A DNA stretch of 18,493 nucleotides from Polyangiaceae bacterium (GTDB lineage: Bacteria > Myxococcota_A > Polyangia > Polyangiales > Polyangiaceae): the NCBI GenBank assembly GCA_044222475.1, contig JBGANF010000147.1:1-18493 (forward strand), read 5' to 3'. A program made the translations under genes and the position numbers. The notes beneath the pieces were generated by a model, which had not been told where the DNA came from, did no database searches, and worked only from the letters and a program-made list of their open reading frames with translations. Of the stretch, positions 1 to 8,487 are shown in pieces. How positions within the stretch are numbered: position 1 is the first letter of the stretch; the number at the start of each line of letters is the position of its first letter.

Positions 1-430
1 GCTCGCGGTTCACCGACGTGACGTCGCCGACGAGCCCGAAGTCGACCGGATCGGGCCCGGCTCCGGCCCTCACCTTGGGAGGCCGGCGCGTCGCCGCGAT
101 CGCGCCGCTCGATGCGCCGTGCAGCCCGACCGGCCGCGCGCCGTGCGCGTGCAGCTTGGCGCACGCGTCGACGTTCACCTTTCCGCAGACGATCATCTTC
201 ATGACCTCGAGGGTCGCTTCGTCGGTCACGCGACGACCGGCGACGATCTTCGGCGTCTGCCCGAGCTTCTTCTGCAGCTCGGTCGCCTGCGGACCGCCGC
301 CGTGGACGATCACGATGGGCTGACCCGACGCGCGCAGCTCGGCCACGTCGGCCGCGATCGCGTCCATCGCCGGCCCGGCCGCGACCTCGCCCCCGAGCTT
401 GAGGACGACCGGCGATGCGGCGAGGCTCAC
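1..430 (-). CDS. argB: Acetylglutamate kinase (N-terminal part; runs off the window)
   Basis: Not in ORF track (open at edge). Manual translation from GTG 430: MSLAASPVVLKLGGEV...IVIVHGGGPQATELQKKLGQTPKIVAGRRVTDEATLEVMKM...GKVN...DFGLVGDV, i.e. the KLGG, VHGGG and GxRVTD motifs of NAG kinase. The GTG overlaps the argC stop (GTGA at 430-427). Confidence 0.93.
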   Translation of the reverse strand, partial: MSLAASPVVLKLGGEVAAGPAMDAIAADVAELRASGQPIVIVHGGGPQATELQKKLGQTPKIVAGRRVTDEATLEVMKMIVCGKVNVDACAKLHAHGARPVGLHGASSGAIAATRRPPKVRAGAGPDPVDFGLVGDVTSVNRE

Positions 431-1476
431 GGATAGCCCCCCGGATCCTCGAGCGTCGTCCGTTCGTCGAGGCCGAGCATCAGGTTCATGTTCTGGATGC
501 CCTGTCCGGCGCCGCCCTTGATCAGGTTGTCGGTCGCCGCGAAGCACGCGACCACGCCGTCGCCGAACTGGATCCCGACCTCGGCGAAGTTCGTCCCGCT
601 CACCGCCACGACCTCGGGCAGCCGCTTCGCCGGCACGCGCACGAAAGGCTCCTTCGCGTAGGCCTCGGCGTAGAGCTTCTTCACCTGGTCCGCCGTGACG
701 CTCGGATCGACGTGCGCGAAGCACGTCGCGAAGATGCCGCGCGAGAGCGGTGCGCTCACCGGCACGAAGCGGAGCGAGACGTTCTTCGCCCCCGCGTCGT
801 TCAGCGTCTGCACGATCTCGGGGACGTGCTGGTGCTCGAGCGGCTTGTACGTCTTGAGGTTCACCGCGCGGACCGGGTGGTGCGTCCCCGCGCTCGGCGC
901 GATGCCGCTCCCCGACGATCCGGTGATCCCGACGACCTCGACGGCGCCGCTCAAGAGACCCGCGCGCGCGAGCGGCAAGAGAGCGAGCTCGACCGTCGTC
1001 GCGAAGCAACCCGGCGACGCGACGTAGCGCGCGCTCTTGATCTTCTCGCGGAAGAGCTCGGGCAAGCCGTAGACGAACGTGCCCTTCGTGAGCTCGTCGG
1101 GGCAGGGGTGCTTGCCGCCGTAGTACTTCTCGTACACCGCCGGATCGCGCAGCCGGAAATCACCGGAGAGATCCACGACGCGCGCTCCCGACGCCATCAG
1201 CTCGGGCATCTTCGTCGCCGACACTTTGTGCGGCAGCCCGAGGAGGACGACGTCCATCCCTTGCGCCGCTTCGCCGGGCGAGATGCCCTCGAACTTCAGA
1301 TCCGTGAGCCGCTCCAAGTTGGGATGAACCGCCGAGAGCGGCTCGCCCACGTAGTCGACCGATGCGACGCGAACGAGCTCGACGTGCGGATGGAGCAGCA
1401 GCCGTCGAATGAGCTCTGCACCGCCGTAGCCGCTGCCCCCGATCACCGCTGCCTTGAACCGTTTGCCAATCGACAT
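427..1476 (-). CDS. argC: N-acetyl-gamma-glutamyl-phosphate reductase
   Basis: GGSGYGG Rossmann motif, VVDLSGDFRL, VYGLPE, catalytic ASPGCFAT, GSSGSG, HQHVPEI, DNLIKGGAGQGIQNMN; coupled to argB. Confidence 0.97.
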   Translation of the reverse strand: MSIGKRFKAAVIGGSGYGGAELIRRLLLHPHVELVRVASVDYVGEPLSAVHPNLERLTDLKFEGISPGEAAQGMDVVLLGLPHKVSATKMPELMASGARVVDLSGDFRLRDPAVYEKYYGGKHPCPDELTKGTFVYGLPELFREKIKSARYVASPGCFATTVELALLPLARAGLLSGAVEVVGITGSSGSGIAPSAGTHHPVRAVNLKTYKPLEHQHVPEIVQTLNDAGAKNVSLRFVPVSAPLSRGIFATCFAHVDPSVTADQVKKLYAEAYAKEPFVRVPAKRLPEVVAVSGTNFAEVGIQFGDGVVACFAATDNLIKGGAGQGIQNMNLMLGLDERTTLEDPGGYP

Positions 1477-1567
1477 GAGGCCTGTTTTCTAGCGCTTCGA
1501 GGCACTCTTGCGGAGGCTCTTCGCGCAGGGCAACCAGAGGTGAAGCGTCACTGATGTAGGTTGAGCG

Positions 1568-1596
1568 TTGACCCGATCCCCACATGAGGGTATATG
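1568..1596 (+). promoter_or_regulatory. Putative sigma70 promoter TTGACC-N17-TATATG
   Basis: TTGACC 1568-1573, 17-nt spacer, TATATG 1591-1596, in a locally lower-GC intergenic region divergent from argC. Confidence 0.55.
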
Positions 1597-1625
1597 AGGT
1601 ACCAAGTGGCGGTTCCACGTTCTGA

Positions 1626-1643
1626 GAGCGGAAACTTCCGCTC
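1626..1643. repeat. Perfect 8-bp inverted repeat GAGCGGAA-ac-TTCCGCTC (operator or leader hairpin)
   Basis: Read directly; lies ~25-40 nt downstream of the predicted start site of the 1568-1596 promoter. Confidence 0.55.
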
Positions 1644-1715
1644 ACGTCGAGCGCCCCACGCCGCACTGCGTCAAGGTCTACAGCCCCGCTCCCAGCCCGA
1701 TTAGGCCCCACCCCG

Positions 1716-1895
1716 ATGATCCTCACCGGCTTCGCCGATCCCGACCAACCGAAGAACGAGAACGGCGAAGAGCAGCCGAAGAGCGAGCGCTGCGCGAAGT
1801 GGAGCGTCCCGCCCGCGGCGATCGCCGGCCTGGACGATGGAGACGTCTCGTTCGATCCCGGCGCCCTGGCGCTCCGTCCGCCGCGCACGCCGTAG
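1716..1895 (+). CDS. Small hypothetical protein, 59 aa (absent from ORF track)
   Basis: MILTGFADPDQPKNENGEEQPKSERCAKWSVPPAAIAGLDDGDVSFDPGALALRPPRTP; 52 of 59 codons end in G/C, like the real genes; fills the gap between the promoter and the M20 gene. Confidence 0.6.
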   Translation: MILTGFADPDQPKNENGEEQPKSERCAKWSVPPAAIAGLDDGDVSFDPGALALRPPRTP

Positions 1896-1925
1896 CCCGT
1901 TCGCCTCGGTATAGTGTGCCTGCTC

Positions 1926-3086
1926 ATGCAGGACCGTTGGCTCGCAGAACGCGCGAAGGAAATGGAAGACGAGGTCGCCGACCTCGCGTCGGTGAACTCG
2001 TTCACCGAGAACGTCGAGGGCGGCCGCATCGTCGGCGACCGCCTGCGCACGCGGACGTTCGCGATCCCCGGCGTCGAGTCTCGGGTCCACGCGAGCCCGA
2101 GCGCCAAATTCGCACCCCACCTCGAGTTTCGAACCCGGGGTGACTCTCATCGTCCGCCGATCGCGCTCATCGGCCACCTCGACACCGTGTTCCCGCCCGG
2201 CACCTTCGAAGGCTACCGGCGCGACGGTGATCTCGCGCGAGGGCCCGGCGTGCTCGACATGAAGGGCGGTCTCGTCGTCGTCGCGTGGGCGCTCCGCGCC
2301 ATCGCCGAGACGGTCGGCCTCGACGCGATCGCGCCGGTTCGCATGGTCGTCGTCGCCGACGAAGAGGTCGGCTCGCCCGAAGGGCAAGCGATCATCCGCG
2401 CCGCGATCGCCGACGCCCGCGCCGCGCTCGTCTTCGAGTCGGGTCGCACCGGCGACGCGATCATCACTCGCCGCAAGGGCACCGGCGCGATGACTGCGCG
2501 CGCGATCGGCAAGGCCGCGCACGCCGGCAACAACCACAAGGACGGCGCGAACGCGATCTGGGCGCTCTCGCTCTTCGTGGACCGCGCGCAGAAGCTCACC
2601 GCGTACGACCGCGGGGTCACCGTCAACGTCGGCACGTTCCACGGCGGCACGAGCAAGAACACCGTTCCCGACTCGGCCGAGGCGAAGCTCGACCTCCGGT
2701 TCGAGACGACCGCCGACGCCGACGCCCTCGTGGCCGCCGTGCGCGAGGCGGCGCGCCAGGCTGCGGCCGACGTGCCCGGCACGCGCATCGAGCTCGACGG
2801 CGGCATCGCGCGTCACCCGATGGAACGAAGCGACGCCAGCGTGAAGCTGATGAGCGACTACGCCGCGTGCGCCAAGCTCGTCGGCCTGGGGGCGGGCGAA
2901 GCCGCGCTCATCGGAGGCGGATCGGACGCGAGCACGTCGTCGTCGATGGGCATCGCATCGATCGACGGCCTCGGGCCGCGTGGCCTCGGGTTCCACACCA
3001 AGGACGAGCACATCGAGGTCGCGACCCTCGTCCTGAAGGCCCAAGCGCTCGCGCATTTCCTGCTTCGCTACGGGGCAACCGGCTGA
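1926..3086 (+). CDS. M20 family metallopeptidase (carboxypeptidase G2-like subgroup)
   Basis: GHLDTV, GPGVLDMKGG, DEEVGS, FES, AAHAG, GGSDA and HTxxE metal-binding motifs. Start ATG 1926 preferred over 1914 because TATAGT (1910-1915) overlaps the latter. Confidence 0.9.
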   Translation: MQDRWLAERAKEMEDEVADLASVNSFTENVEGGRIVGDRLRTRTFAIPGVESRVHASPSAKFAPHLEFRTRGDSHRPPIALIGHLDTVFPPGTFEGYRRDGDLARGPGVLDMKGGLVVVAWALRAIAETVGLDAIAPVRMVVVADEEVGSPEGQAIIRAAIADARAALVFESGRTGDAIITRRKGTGAMTARAIGKAAHAGNNHKDGANAIWALSLFVDRAQKLTAYDRGVTVNVGTFHGGTSKNTVPDSAEAKLDLRFETTADADALVAAVREAARQAAADVPGTRIELDGGIARHPMERSDASVKLMSDYAACAKLVGLGAGEAALIGGGSDASTSSSMGIASIDGLGPRGLGFHTKDEHIEVATLVLKAQALAHFLLRYGATG

Positions 3087-5659
3087 TGCGCCGCGCGCTG
3101 CTCTTGGGCTCGATCGCGCTCGCCGCGCTCACGTGCGGGCCGAAGGGCGACTACACGCCGCAGATCCAAGTGCAACCGGGAGCCGCCGCGCGCGCGCTGT
3201 GGATCGGCCACCAGGCGCCGGACGCGGGCGCTGGGCCCGCCGCCGCTCGCGTCCACGTGATGAAAGCCGGCGAAGAGCTCGGCGGACCGAACGCGATCGG
3301 CGTGCCTGGCGATCTGCTCCTCGAGAACGACGAGGTCGCTTTCGTGATCGACCGCATCGGCACGTCGGCTGGCTTCGCGGAGAGCGGCGGCAACATCGTC
3401 GACGCCGCCGACGCGAAGCTCCGCAAGGACGAGCTCGGGCAGGTCTTCACCTACTTCGGCACGTTCCCGCGCCAAGGCGTCTACGACAAGGAAGCCAGCG
3501 GCGTCAGCGAAGACGGTGCGGCCTGGGTCGAGGTGAAGGGCCACGAGCTCTACGCCAAGGATCTCGTCGTCACGACCCGCTACACGCTCCACGGCGGCGA
3601 CCGCGCGGTGCTCATCGAGACCACGGTCGAGAACCCGGCCGGCGCGCCACCCGTCGCCGGGATCACCCTGGGCGACGCGATCCAGTGGGGCGGCGCCGAG
3701 AAGTTCGCTCCCGATCGCGGTCGCGATTTCAAGGGCCCCTCGAGCGGCGCGTTCCTCGCCGGCATCGGGCGGCTCGTCAGCTACGCGATCACCAGCACCG
3801 ACGCGTCGATCGACGCGATCAGCGGCCCCTCGTGGAGCGACACGGTGCAGTCGAAGTCGGTCACCATCGCGCCAGGGACGAAGATGCAGTATGCACGCAT
3901 CTTCCTCGTCGGGCCGCGGGCCGACGTCGGTGGTCTCGTGAGCGAGCTCACCCAGACGGCGGGCGGTGACGTGGGGCAGGTCGAGCTCGGCCTGGTCGAC
4001 GGCGCCGGTCACGCGACCACCTGGCCGGCCGGAGGCGAGGTCGTCGTCGCGACGTCGGGCGGCAAGGCGATCATGAACCTGCGGCCCGCGGTCGACACCG
4101 AGGTCCTCCACGCGGACCTCCCGCCGGGCGCGTACCTGCTCAGCTACGGCGGCGGCGCGGGCCGCGGCGCCGCGGGCGCACCAGCCGCGCTCACGGTGAG
4201 CGCGAAGAAGAGCTCCTCGGCGAAGATCGGAGTCTCCGAGCCCGGGCGCGTGAAGCTCCAGTGCAACGGGCCATGCAAGGCGACGTTCGTGGCGTCGTCG
4301 GGCGCCAGCCCGGACTTCGGTCCCGGTCACGTCGCCGGTCCGGCGAAGAACCACGTGACCACCGACGACGGCGCCATCGACGTCCCGGTCGCGCCGGGCA
4401 CGTACCACGTCTTCCTCACCCGCGGCCCCGAGTACGCCGCCGCCGAGCTCGACGTCACGGTGGCGCCGGGAAAGACCTCCGAGCCGTGCACCGGCGATCG
4501 CTGCGCGCTCCGCAGAGTGGTCGACACGAGCGGCTACGTCGCCGCGGACTTCCACCAGCACACGATGCTCGGCGTCGACGCTCCGACCGCCACGGTCGAC
4601 CGCGTCATCGCCAACGTCGCCGAAGGCGTCGAGGTCGCCGTCGCGACCGAGCACAACGTCATCGCCGATCTCTCGCCGATCGTGCGCGACCGGAAGCTCG
4701 GCGCGTACCTCGTCGCGATCGCCGGCGACGAGCTCACCACCGACGCGAGCCGCAAGCCGTGGGGTCACGCGAACGTGTTTCCCCTCGCGCTCGACCCCAC
4801 CAAGCCGCGCGGCGGCGCGCCCCAGGTGAACGATCGCGAAGCGAAGGACCTCTTCGCGCAGCTCCGCGCCGCGCAGACGCGTCCGTTCGTGCTCCAGATC
4901 AACCACCCGCGCTCGGGAAACACCGGCTACTTCGATCTCCTCCAGTTCGATCGCAAGACCGGCGTGGGCAGCGGCAGCGGGTACGATCCCGTGTTCGACG
5001 CGATCGAGGTCTGGAACGGGCGCAACGTCGGGTCCCGCGATCCGGTGCTCGCCGATTTCCTCGCGCTCCTGCGCACTGGCCACCCCGTGACGGCGACCGG
5101 CAACACCGACACCCACGGCGTCGACGCCCAAGAGGCCGGGTACCCGCGCACCTACGTCCGCGTGAAGGACGACGCGCACCTCGACGCATGGAACGACGCC
5201 CGCACCGACGACCTCGTTCGCGCCGTTCGCGAGGTCCGAGACGTCGTCGTCACGAATGGTCCGTTCCTCCGCGTCGAGACCGGCACCGCCGGCATCGGCG
5301 GGATCGTGAAGGCGAAGAACCGCGTCGTCACCGCGACCGTCCACGTCGAGTGCGCGCCGTGGATCGACGTCGACAAGCTCGTCGTGCGTCGCGCGCTGGG
5401 CGCCAAAGGCGACGGTGAAGAGACCGTCGAGATCCCCATCAAGCTCGTGAAGAAGGAGCGCGACGGTGCGACCGTGCTCGTCGCGGACGTCCCGATCAAG
5501 CTCGTCGCCGACAAGGACGACGCGTTCGTCGTCATCGCGCGCGGGACGAAACCGCTGGCCCCGATCCTGGGCGGCGATCCGTCGGAGACGATGGCCTACG
5601 CCATGACCGGCGCGATCTGGATCGACGCCGACGGCGACGGCAAGTCGCTCAAGCGCTGA
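3086..5659 (+). CDS. Secreted/lipoprotein CehA/McbA-type (PHP-like) metallohydrolase, ~857 aa
   Basis: Likely start ATG 3086 overlaps the upstream stop (TGATG); signal peptide MRRALLLGSIALAALTC; beta-rich N-terminal domains; C-terminal PHP-type motifs DFHQHT, TEHN, GDELT, GHAN, INHPR, IEVWNG, GNTDTH; terminal DADGDG. Confidence 0.82.
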   Translation: MRRALLLGSIALAALTCGPKGDYTPQIQVQPGAAARALWIGHQAPDAGAGPAAARVHVMKAGEELGGPNAIGVPGDLLLENDEVAFVIDRIGTSAGFAESGGNIVDAADAKLRKDELGQVFTYFGTFPRQGVYDKEASGVSEDGAAWVEVKGHELYAKDLVVTTRYTLHGGDRAVLIETTVENPAGAPPVAGITLGDAIQWGGAEKFAPDRGRDFKGPSSGAFLAGIGRLVSYAITSTDASIDAISGPSWSDTVQSKSVTIAPGTKMQYARIFLVGPRADVGGLVSELTQTAGGDVGQVELGLVDGAGHATTWPAGGEVVVATSGGKAIMNLRPAVDTEVLHADLPPGAYLLSYGGGAGRGAAGAPAALTVSAKKSSSAKIGVSEPGRVKLQCNGPCKATFVASSGASPDFGPGHVAGPAKNHVTTDDGAIDVPVAPGTYHVFLTRGPEYAAAELDVTVAPGKTSEPCTGDRCALRRVVDTSGYVAADFHQHTMLGVDAPTATVDRVIANVAEGVEVAVATEHNVIADLSPIVRDRKLGAYLVAIAGDELTTDASRKPWGHANVFPLALDPTKPRGGAPQVNDREAKDLFAQLRAAQTRPFVLQINHPRSGNTGYFDLLQFDRKTGVGSGSGYDPVFDAIEVWNGRNVGSRDPVLADFLALLRTGHPVTATGNTDTHGVDAQEAGYPRTYVRVKDDAHLDAWNDARTDDLVRAVREVRDVVVTNGPFLRVETGTAGIGGIVKAKNRVVTATVHVECAPWIDVDKLVVRRALGAKGDGEETVEIPIKLVKKERDGATVLVADVPIKLVADKDDAFVVIARGTKPLAPILGGDPSETMAYAMTGAIWIDADGDGKSLKR

Positions 5660-6791
5660 GCACGCGCTGAAGGAACCAGGCGACCCCGGCGAGGAGGAGG
5701 GCCCCGGCGACGATCTTCCGCGCGAGCGGAAAACGCTCCTTGTCCTCGGTGAAGACGAGCAGCGGCAGGACGACGAGCACGACGACGAGCTGGCCGACCT
5801 CGACGCCGACGTTGAACAGCGCGACCGCCACGGGGAGACGGTCCCGAGCGATCCCCAGCGGGAGGAGGCTGCTCGCGTACGCGAAGCCGTGCACGAATCC
5901 GAACGCCAACGTCACGAGCGCGCGTGGCCGGAGTCGAAACGACGCAAGGTTCTCGAGGCCGACGTAGGCGACGGAGAGCGCCACCGCGGGCTCGACGAAC
6001 CTCGTCGGTGGCGCGAGACCGCCGAGCGTCGCCATCGCGAGCGCGGCCGAGTGCCCGACCGTGAACGCGGTGAGCATGAAGACGAGGGGCCCGATGCGCG
6101 CGCCCACCGTGGGCCGCTCCCCGCCGCCGCCGGCGAACGTGAGGAGGACGCCGACGAGGAACGCCAGGTGATCGGCACCGCCCAGGATGTGGAGCACGCC
6201 GTCGACGACGAGGTCCCACGAGCCGCCGTGGTCGGTCGACGGCGCTTGGCTCCCGTCGCCGACCTCGAGCCGGGTGTTGGAGGGGACGACGAGCTGGTCA
6301 CGGGTCACGCCTTGGACCGAGACCGACGCGAGGTGGCGATGTCCCGACGGCAGCATGACGAGGAACCCGAGATCGAGCTCGACCGACCCGGAGCCGCAGG
6401 CCCACTCGATCTCGAACGCGACGCCGTCGTCGCCGTCGAGGTGGATCGAGGACGACGCCGTCTCGCACCGCACCGTGCCGGCGGTCGCGACGACGCGGTG
6501 GGTGACGACGTCGTGCAGCAGGGCGGACTCTTTCTCGATCTCGACGCCGCCGATCACGCCGTCGCCGTTCACGTCGGCCCGGGGGGCCGCGCTCGCCAGG
6601 TCTTCGCTGCGGAGCCGGATCGTGGCGCGCAGCGACGACCCGTCCAGCGTGTACTCGCCGTGCGAGAGCCCCGCCGTGTGGGCGCGCGCGGGGAGCGCGA
6701 CGAACAGCGCGCACAGGCCCACCAGGAGCGCCGCGAGGCGGCGGACCCTCGGCAGGGCAAACCTCGGAGAATGCAGGGAAAAGAGTGCCAC
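5649..6791 (-). CDS. HupE/UreJ-family membrane protein
   Basis: Signal peptide ending ARA-H, EF-hand-like DVNGDGVI, then GVLHILGGADHLAFL, TAFTVGHS, VEPAVALSV, FGFVHGFAYA, FNVGVEVGQ. Start trimmed to GTG 6791 because the track start (6884) lies inside the tRNA. Confidence 0.87.
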   Translation of the reverse strand: MALFSLHSPRFALPRVRRLAALLVGLCALFVALPARAHTAGLSHGEYTLDGSSLRATIRLRSEDLASAAPRADVNGDGVIGGVEIEKESALLHDVVTHRVVATAGTVRCETASSSIHLDGDDGVAFEIEWACGSGSVELDLGFLVMLPSGHRHLASVSVQGVTRDQLVVPSNTRLEVGDGSQAPSTDHGGSWDLVVDGVLHILGGADHLAFLVGVLLTFAGGGGERPTVGARIGPLVFMLTAFTVGHSAALAMATLGGLAPPTRFVEPAVALSVAYVGLENLASFRLRPRALVTLAFGFVHGFAYASSLLPLGIARDRLPVAVALFNVGVEVGQLVVVLVVLPLLVFTEDKERFPLARKIVAGALLLAGVAWFLQRVLSA

Positions 6792-6815
6792 GATCGTCGA
6801 ATCGTCGCGCAGTCG

Positions 6816-6843
6816 TGCTCCGCCGGTTCTCTCCGGCGGAGCA
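6816..6843 (-). terminator. 11-bp GC-rich hairpin just downstream of tRNA-Pro (terminator/processing stem, no U-tract)
   Basis: TGCTCCGCCGG (6816-6826) / 6-nt loop / CCGGCGGAGCA (6833-6843), 14 nt beyond the tRNA CCA end. Confidence 0.5.
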
Positions 6844-6857
6844 TCCCGACCTCTTGC

Positions 6858-6935
6858 TGGTCGGGGCGAGTGGATTCGAACCACCGACCCCCAGACCCCC
6901 AGTCTGGTGCGCTAACCAGGCTGCGCTACGCCCCG
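6858..6935 (-). tRNA. tRNA-Pro, anticodon GGG, encoded CCA
   Basis: Minus strand folds as a cloverleaf: acceptor CGGGGCG/CGCCCCG, D stem GCGC/GCGC, anticodon stem CCAGA/TCTGG with loop CT-GGG-GG, T arm GGTGG-TTCGAAT-CCACT, 3' ACCA. Confidence 0.98.
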
Positions 6936-6947
6936 AATGCGCGGCGG

Positions 6948-6975
6948 ACCCTAGTCCACCCCGCGTCGCTTGCAA
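6948..6975 (-). promoter_or_regulatory. Putative tRNA promoter TTGCAA-N16-TAGGGT with GC-rich discriminator
   Basis: Minus strand: TTGCAA (6975-6970), 16 nt, TAGGGT (6953-6948), then CCGCCGCGC before the tRNA 5' end. Confidence 0.55.
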
Positions 6976-6983
6976 GCATATAC

Positions 6984-7080
6984 GGACGGGCGTCCGGGCC
7001 CGTCCCGACGCCGTAAAGCGTGCAAACTGCACGCATCATGCACCGCGTCACGGAAAATGGGCTGGATCGTGACGCGGCGC
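6984..7080. repeat. Three consecutive inverted repeats in the tRNA-GNAT intergenic region
   Basis: GGACGGGC/GCCCGTCC (6984-7005), GCGTGCA/TGCACGC (7018-7034), CCGCGTCACG/CGTGACGCGG (7043-7077). Confidence 0.6.
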
Positions 7081-7120
7081 GGTGTTGATCCGCGCCTCGG
7101 AACCGAGGTAGAGGATCGGC

Positions 7121-7681
7121 GTGGGGACCGTCGATCGCATCCTGACGCCGCGCCTCGAGCTGTTGCCGATCACGCGCGACCTCGTCGAGGCCGTCATTGC
7201 GGGTGATCGCGACGGTGCGGAGCGCCTCGTCGGAGCGAAGTTTCCGGACCTCTGGCCGGGGCGAGCCCTGGTCGAGCGCGCGTTCGCGTGCCCGCTCGAG
7301 AAGCTGCGACTCGATCCGGAGGCGTGGCTGTGGGGTGCGCGCGTCCTGGTCACGCGGCCCGAGGAAGACGAGCCGCTCGTCGTCGGGAGCGTCGTCCTGA
7401 ACGGGCGCCCCAACGCCGACGGCATCGTGGAGGTCGCGTACGGCGTCGACGAGAAGTTCCAAGGGCGCGGCTACGCGACCGAAGGGACGCGCGCCGTCGT
7501 GCAGTGGGCGCTCGAGCAGCGCGACGTAGCTCGCGTGCAGGCCTGCACCTTCCAGTGGCACCGCTCCAGCCAGCGCGTGCTCGAGAAGGTGGGGATGCGC
7601 CACGTCGGCTTCCGCGAGACCGACATGTTCGGCGATCTCTGCCTCTACGAGCGGCTGCGCCAGGCGTCTCCCGCGTCGTGA
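7121..7681 (+). CDS. GNAT family N-acetyltransferase, RimJ/RimL-like
   Basis: ILTPRLELLP start, EVAYGV, acetyl-CoA motif FQGRGYATE, SQRVLEKVGM; GAGG upstream of GTG. Confidence 0.9.
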   Translation: MGTVDRILTPRLELLPITRDLVEAVIAGDRDGAERLVGAKFPDLWPGRALVERAFACPLEKLRLDPEAWLWGARVLVTRPEEDEPLVVGSVVLNGRPNADGIVEVAYGVDEKFQGRGYATEGTRAVVQWALEQRDVARVQACTFQWHRSSQRVLEKVGMRHVGFRETDMFGDLCLYERLRQASPAS

Positions 7682-7684
7682 CGG

Positions 7685-8434
7685 TCAGAAGTACGTGACC
7701 CCGAACGACAGCGCGAGGTCGTAGAGGTTCTGCCCGGCGAAGAAGAAGTCGCCTCGCACCGCGATCGTGAAGTAGCCGGCGGAGCAACACGCGCCGAGCT
7801 GGACGATGGCCTCCGGGCTGAGGGACGGGCGGAACGGTTCGCGACCGACGATCTCGAGCGTCGTCCCGAGGCCGCCGCCGATGCCCACGAACCAGCTCGC
7901 CGGGTGGACGAGGAAGCGGTAGCCGGGGCGGATCGAGAACGTCGTCCCGTCCTTCGCGACGGCGAAGCCCGGCTCGAGGACGAGCCGGTTCGGCCGGTGG
8001 AGATCGACGTCGAACGAGCCCCGCGTGCGACTGCAGGAGAGGGGCGGGCCGAGCACGAACTGCCATGGAAACGAGATGAGGAATTCGGGCAGAGCCCCGC
8101 GAAACATCACGCCAAGATTGGGGAGGATGGTCGTGACGATCACCCCCGCCGCGTCCGCGATTCCGCGGCCGAGGTTCGCCCACGGCGCGTCGAGGACCAG
8201 CGCGCGCTTCGCGTACGCGAATGGCACCGCCGGCTGCGTCGGGGTCCACATCTGGAGCTCTTTCTCGTTTCGCTCGCGCAGGGCGGCACACTCGCCAAAG
8301 CCGGTCGCCCGGTCGGTGTCCGTCTCGGGGGCCGGCTCCGCGGGGCCTCCCGGAACGGGCGCAGCGGCAACGGCGTTACCAGACGCGAGCGCGAGCGTAC
8401 TCACCACGAGACCGAACACACCGCATGCACGCAC
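7685..8434 (-). CDS. Secreted hypothetical protein, possible outer-membrane beta-barrel
   Basis: Signal-peptide-like N-terminus (MRACGVFGLVVSTLALASGNAVA), amphipathic Gly/aromatic-rich strands, C-terminal ...LSFGVTYF. GTG 8434 chosen because TATGGT lies 6 nt upstream. Confidence 0.65.
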   Translation of the reverse strand: MRACGVFGLVVSTLALASGNAVAAAPVPGGPAEPAPETDTDRATGFGECAALRERNEKELQMWTPTQPAVPFAYAKRALVLDAPWANLGRGIADAAGVIVTTILPNLGVMFRGALPEFLISFPWQFVLGPPLSCSRTRGSFDVDLHRPNRLVLEPGFAVAKDGTTFSIRPGYRFLVHPASWFVGIGGGLGTTLEIVGREPFRPSLSPEAIVQLGACCSAGYFTIAVRGDFFFAGQNLYDLALSFGVTYF

Positions 8435-8487
8435 GCCCCCACCATAGCCCACTTGCCAAGGCGCTCGTCCCGCATCAGCATCGAAGG

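Noticed and set aside
1620..1700. TPP riboswitch suggested by CTGAGA followed by a hairpin
   Set aside because: The downstream conserved CCTGA...AATGCC.GCG.AGG elements are absent and no thiamine gene follows.
6770..6792. Possible sigma54 site on the minus strand at the HupE start (TGGCAC...CTGCA)
   Set aside because: GG and GC are not separated by the obligatory 10 nt, and it overlaps the presumed start codon.
6858..6935. tRNA-Pro as an integration site for a prophage or island
   Set aside because: No integrase in the window, no duplicated tRNA 3' end noticed, no compositional shift in flanking genes.
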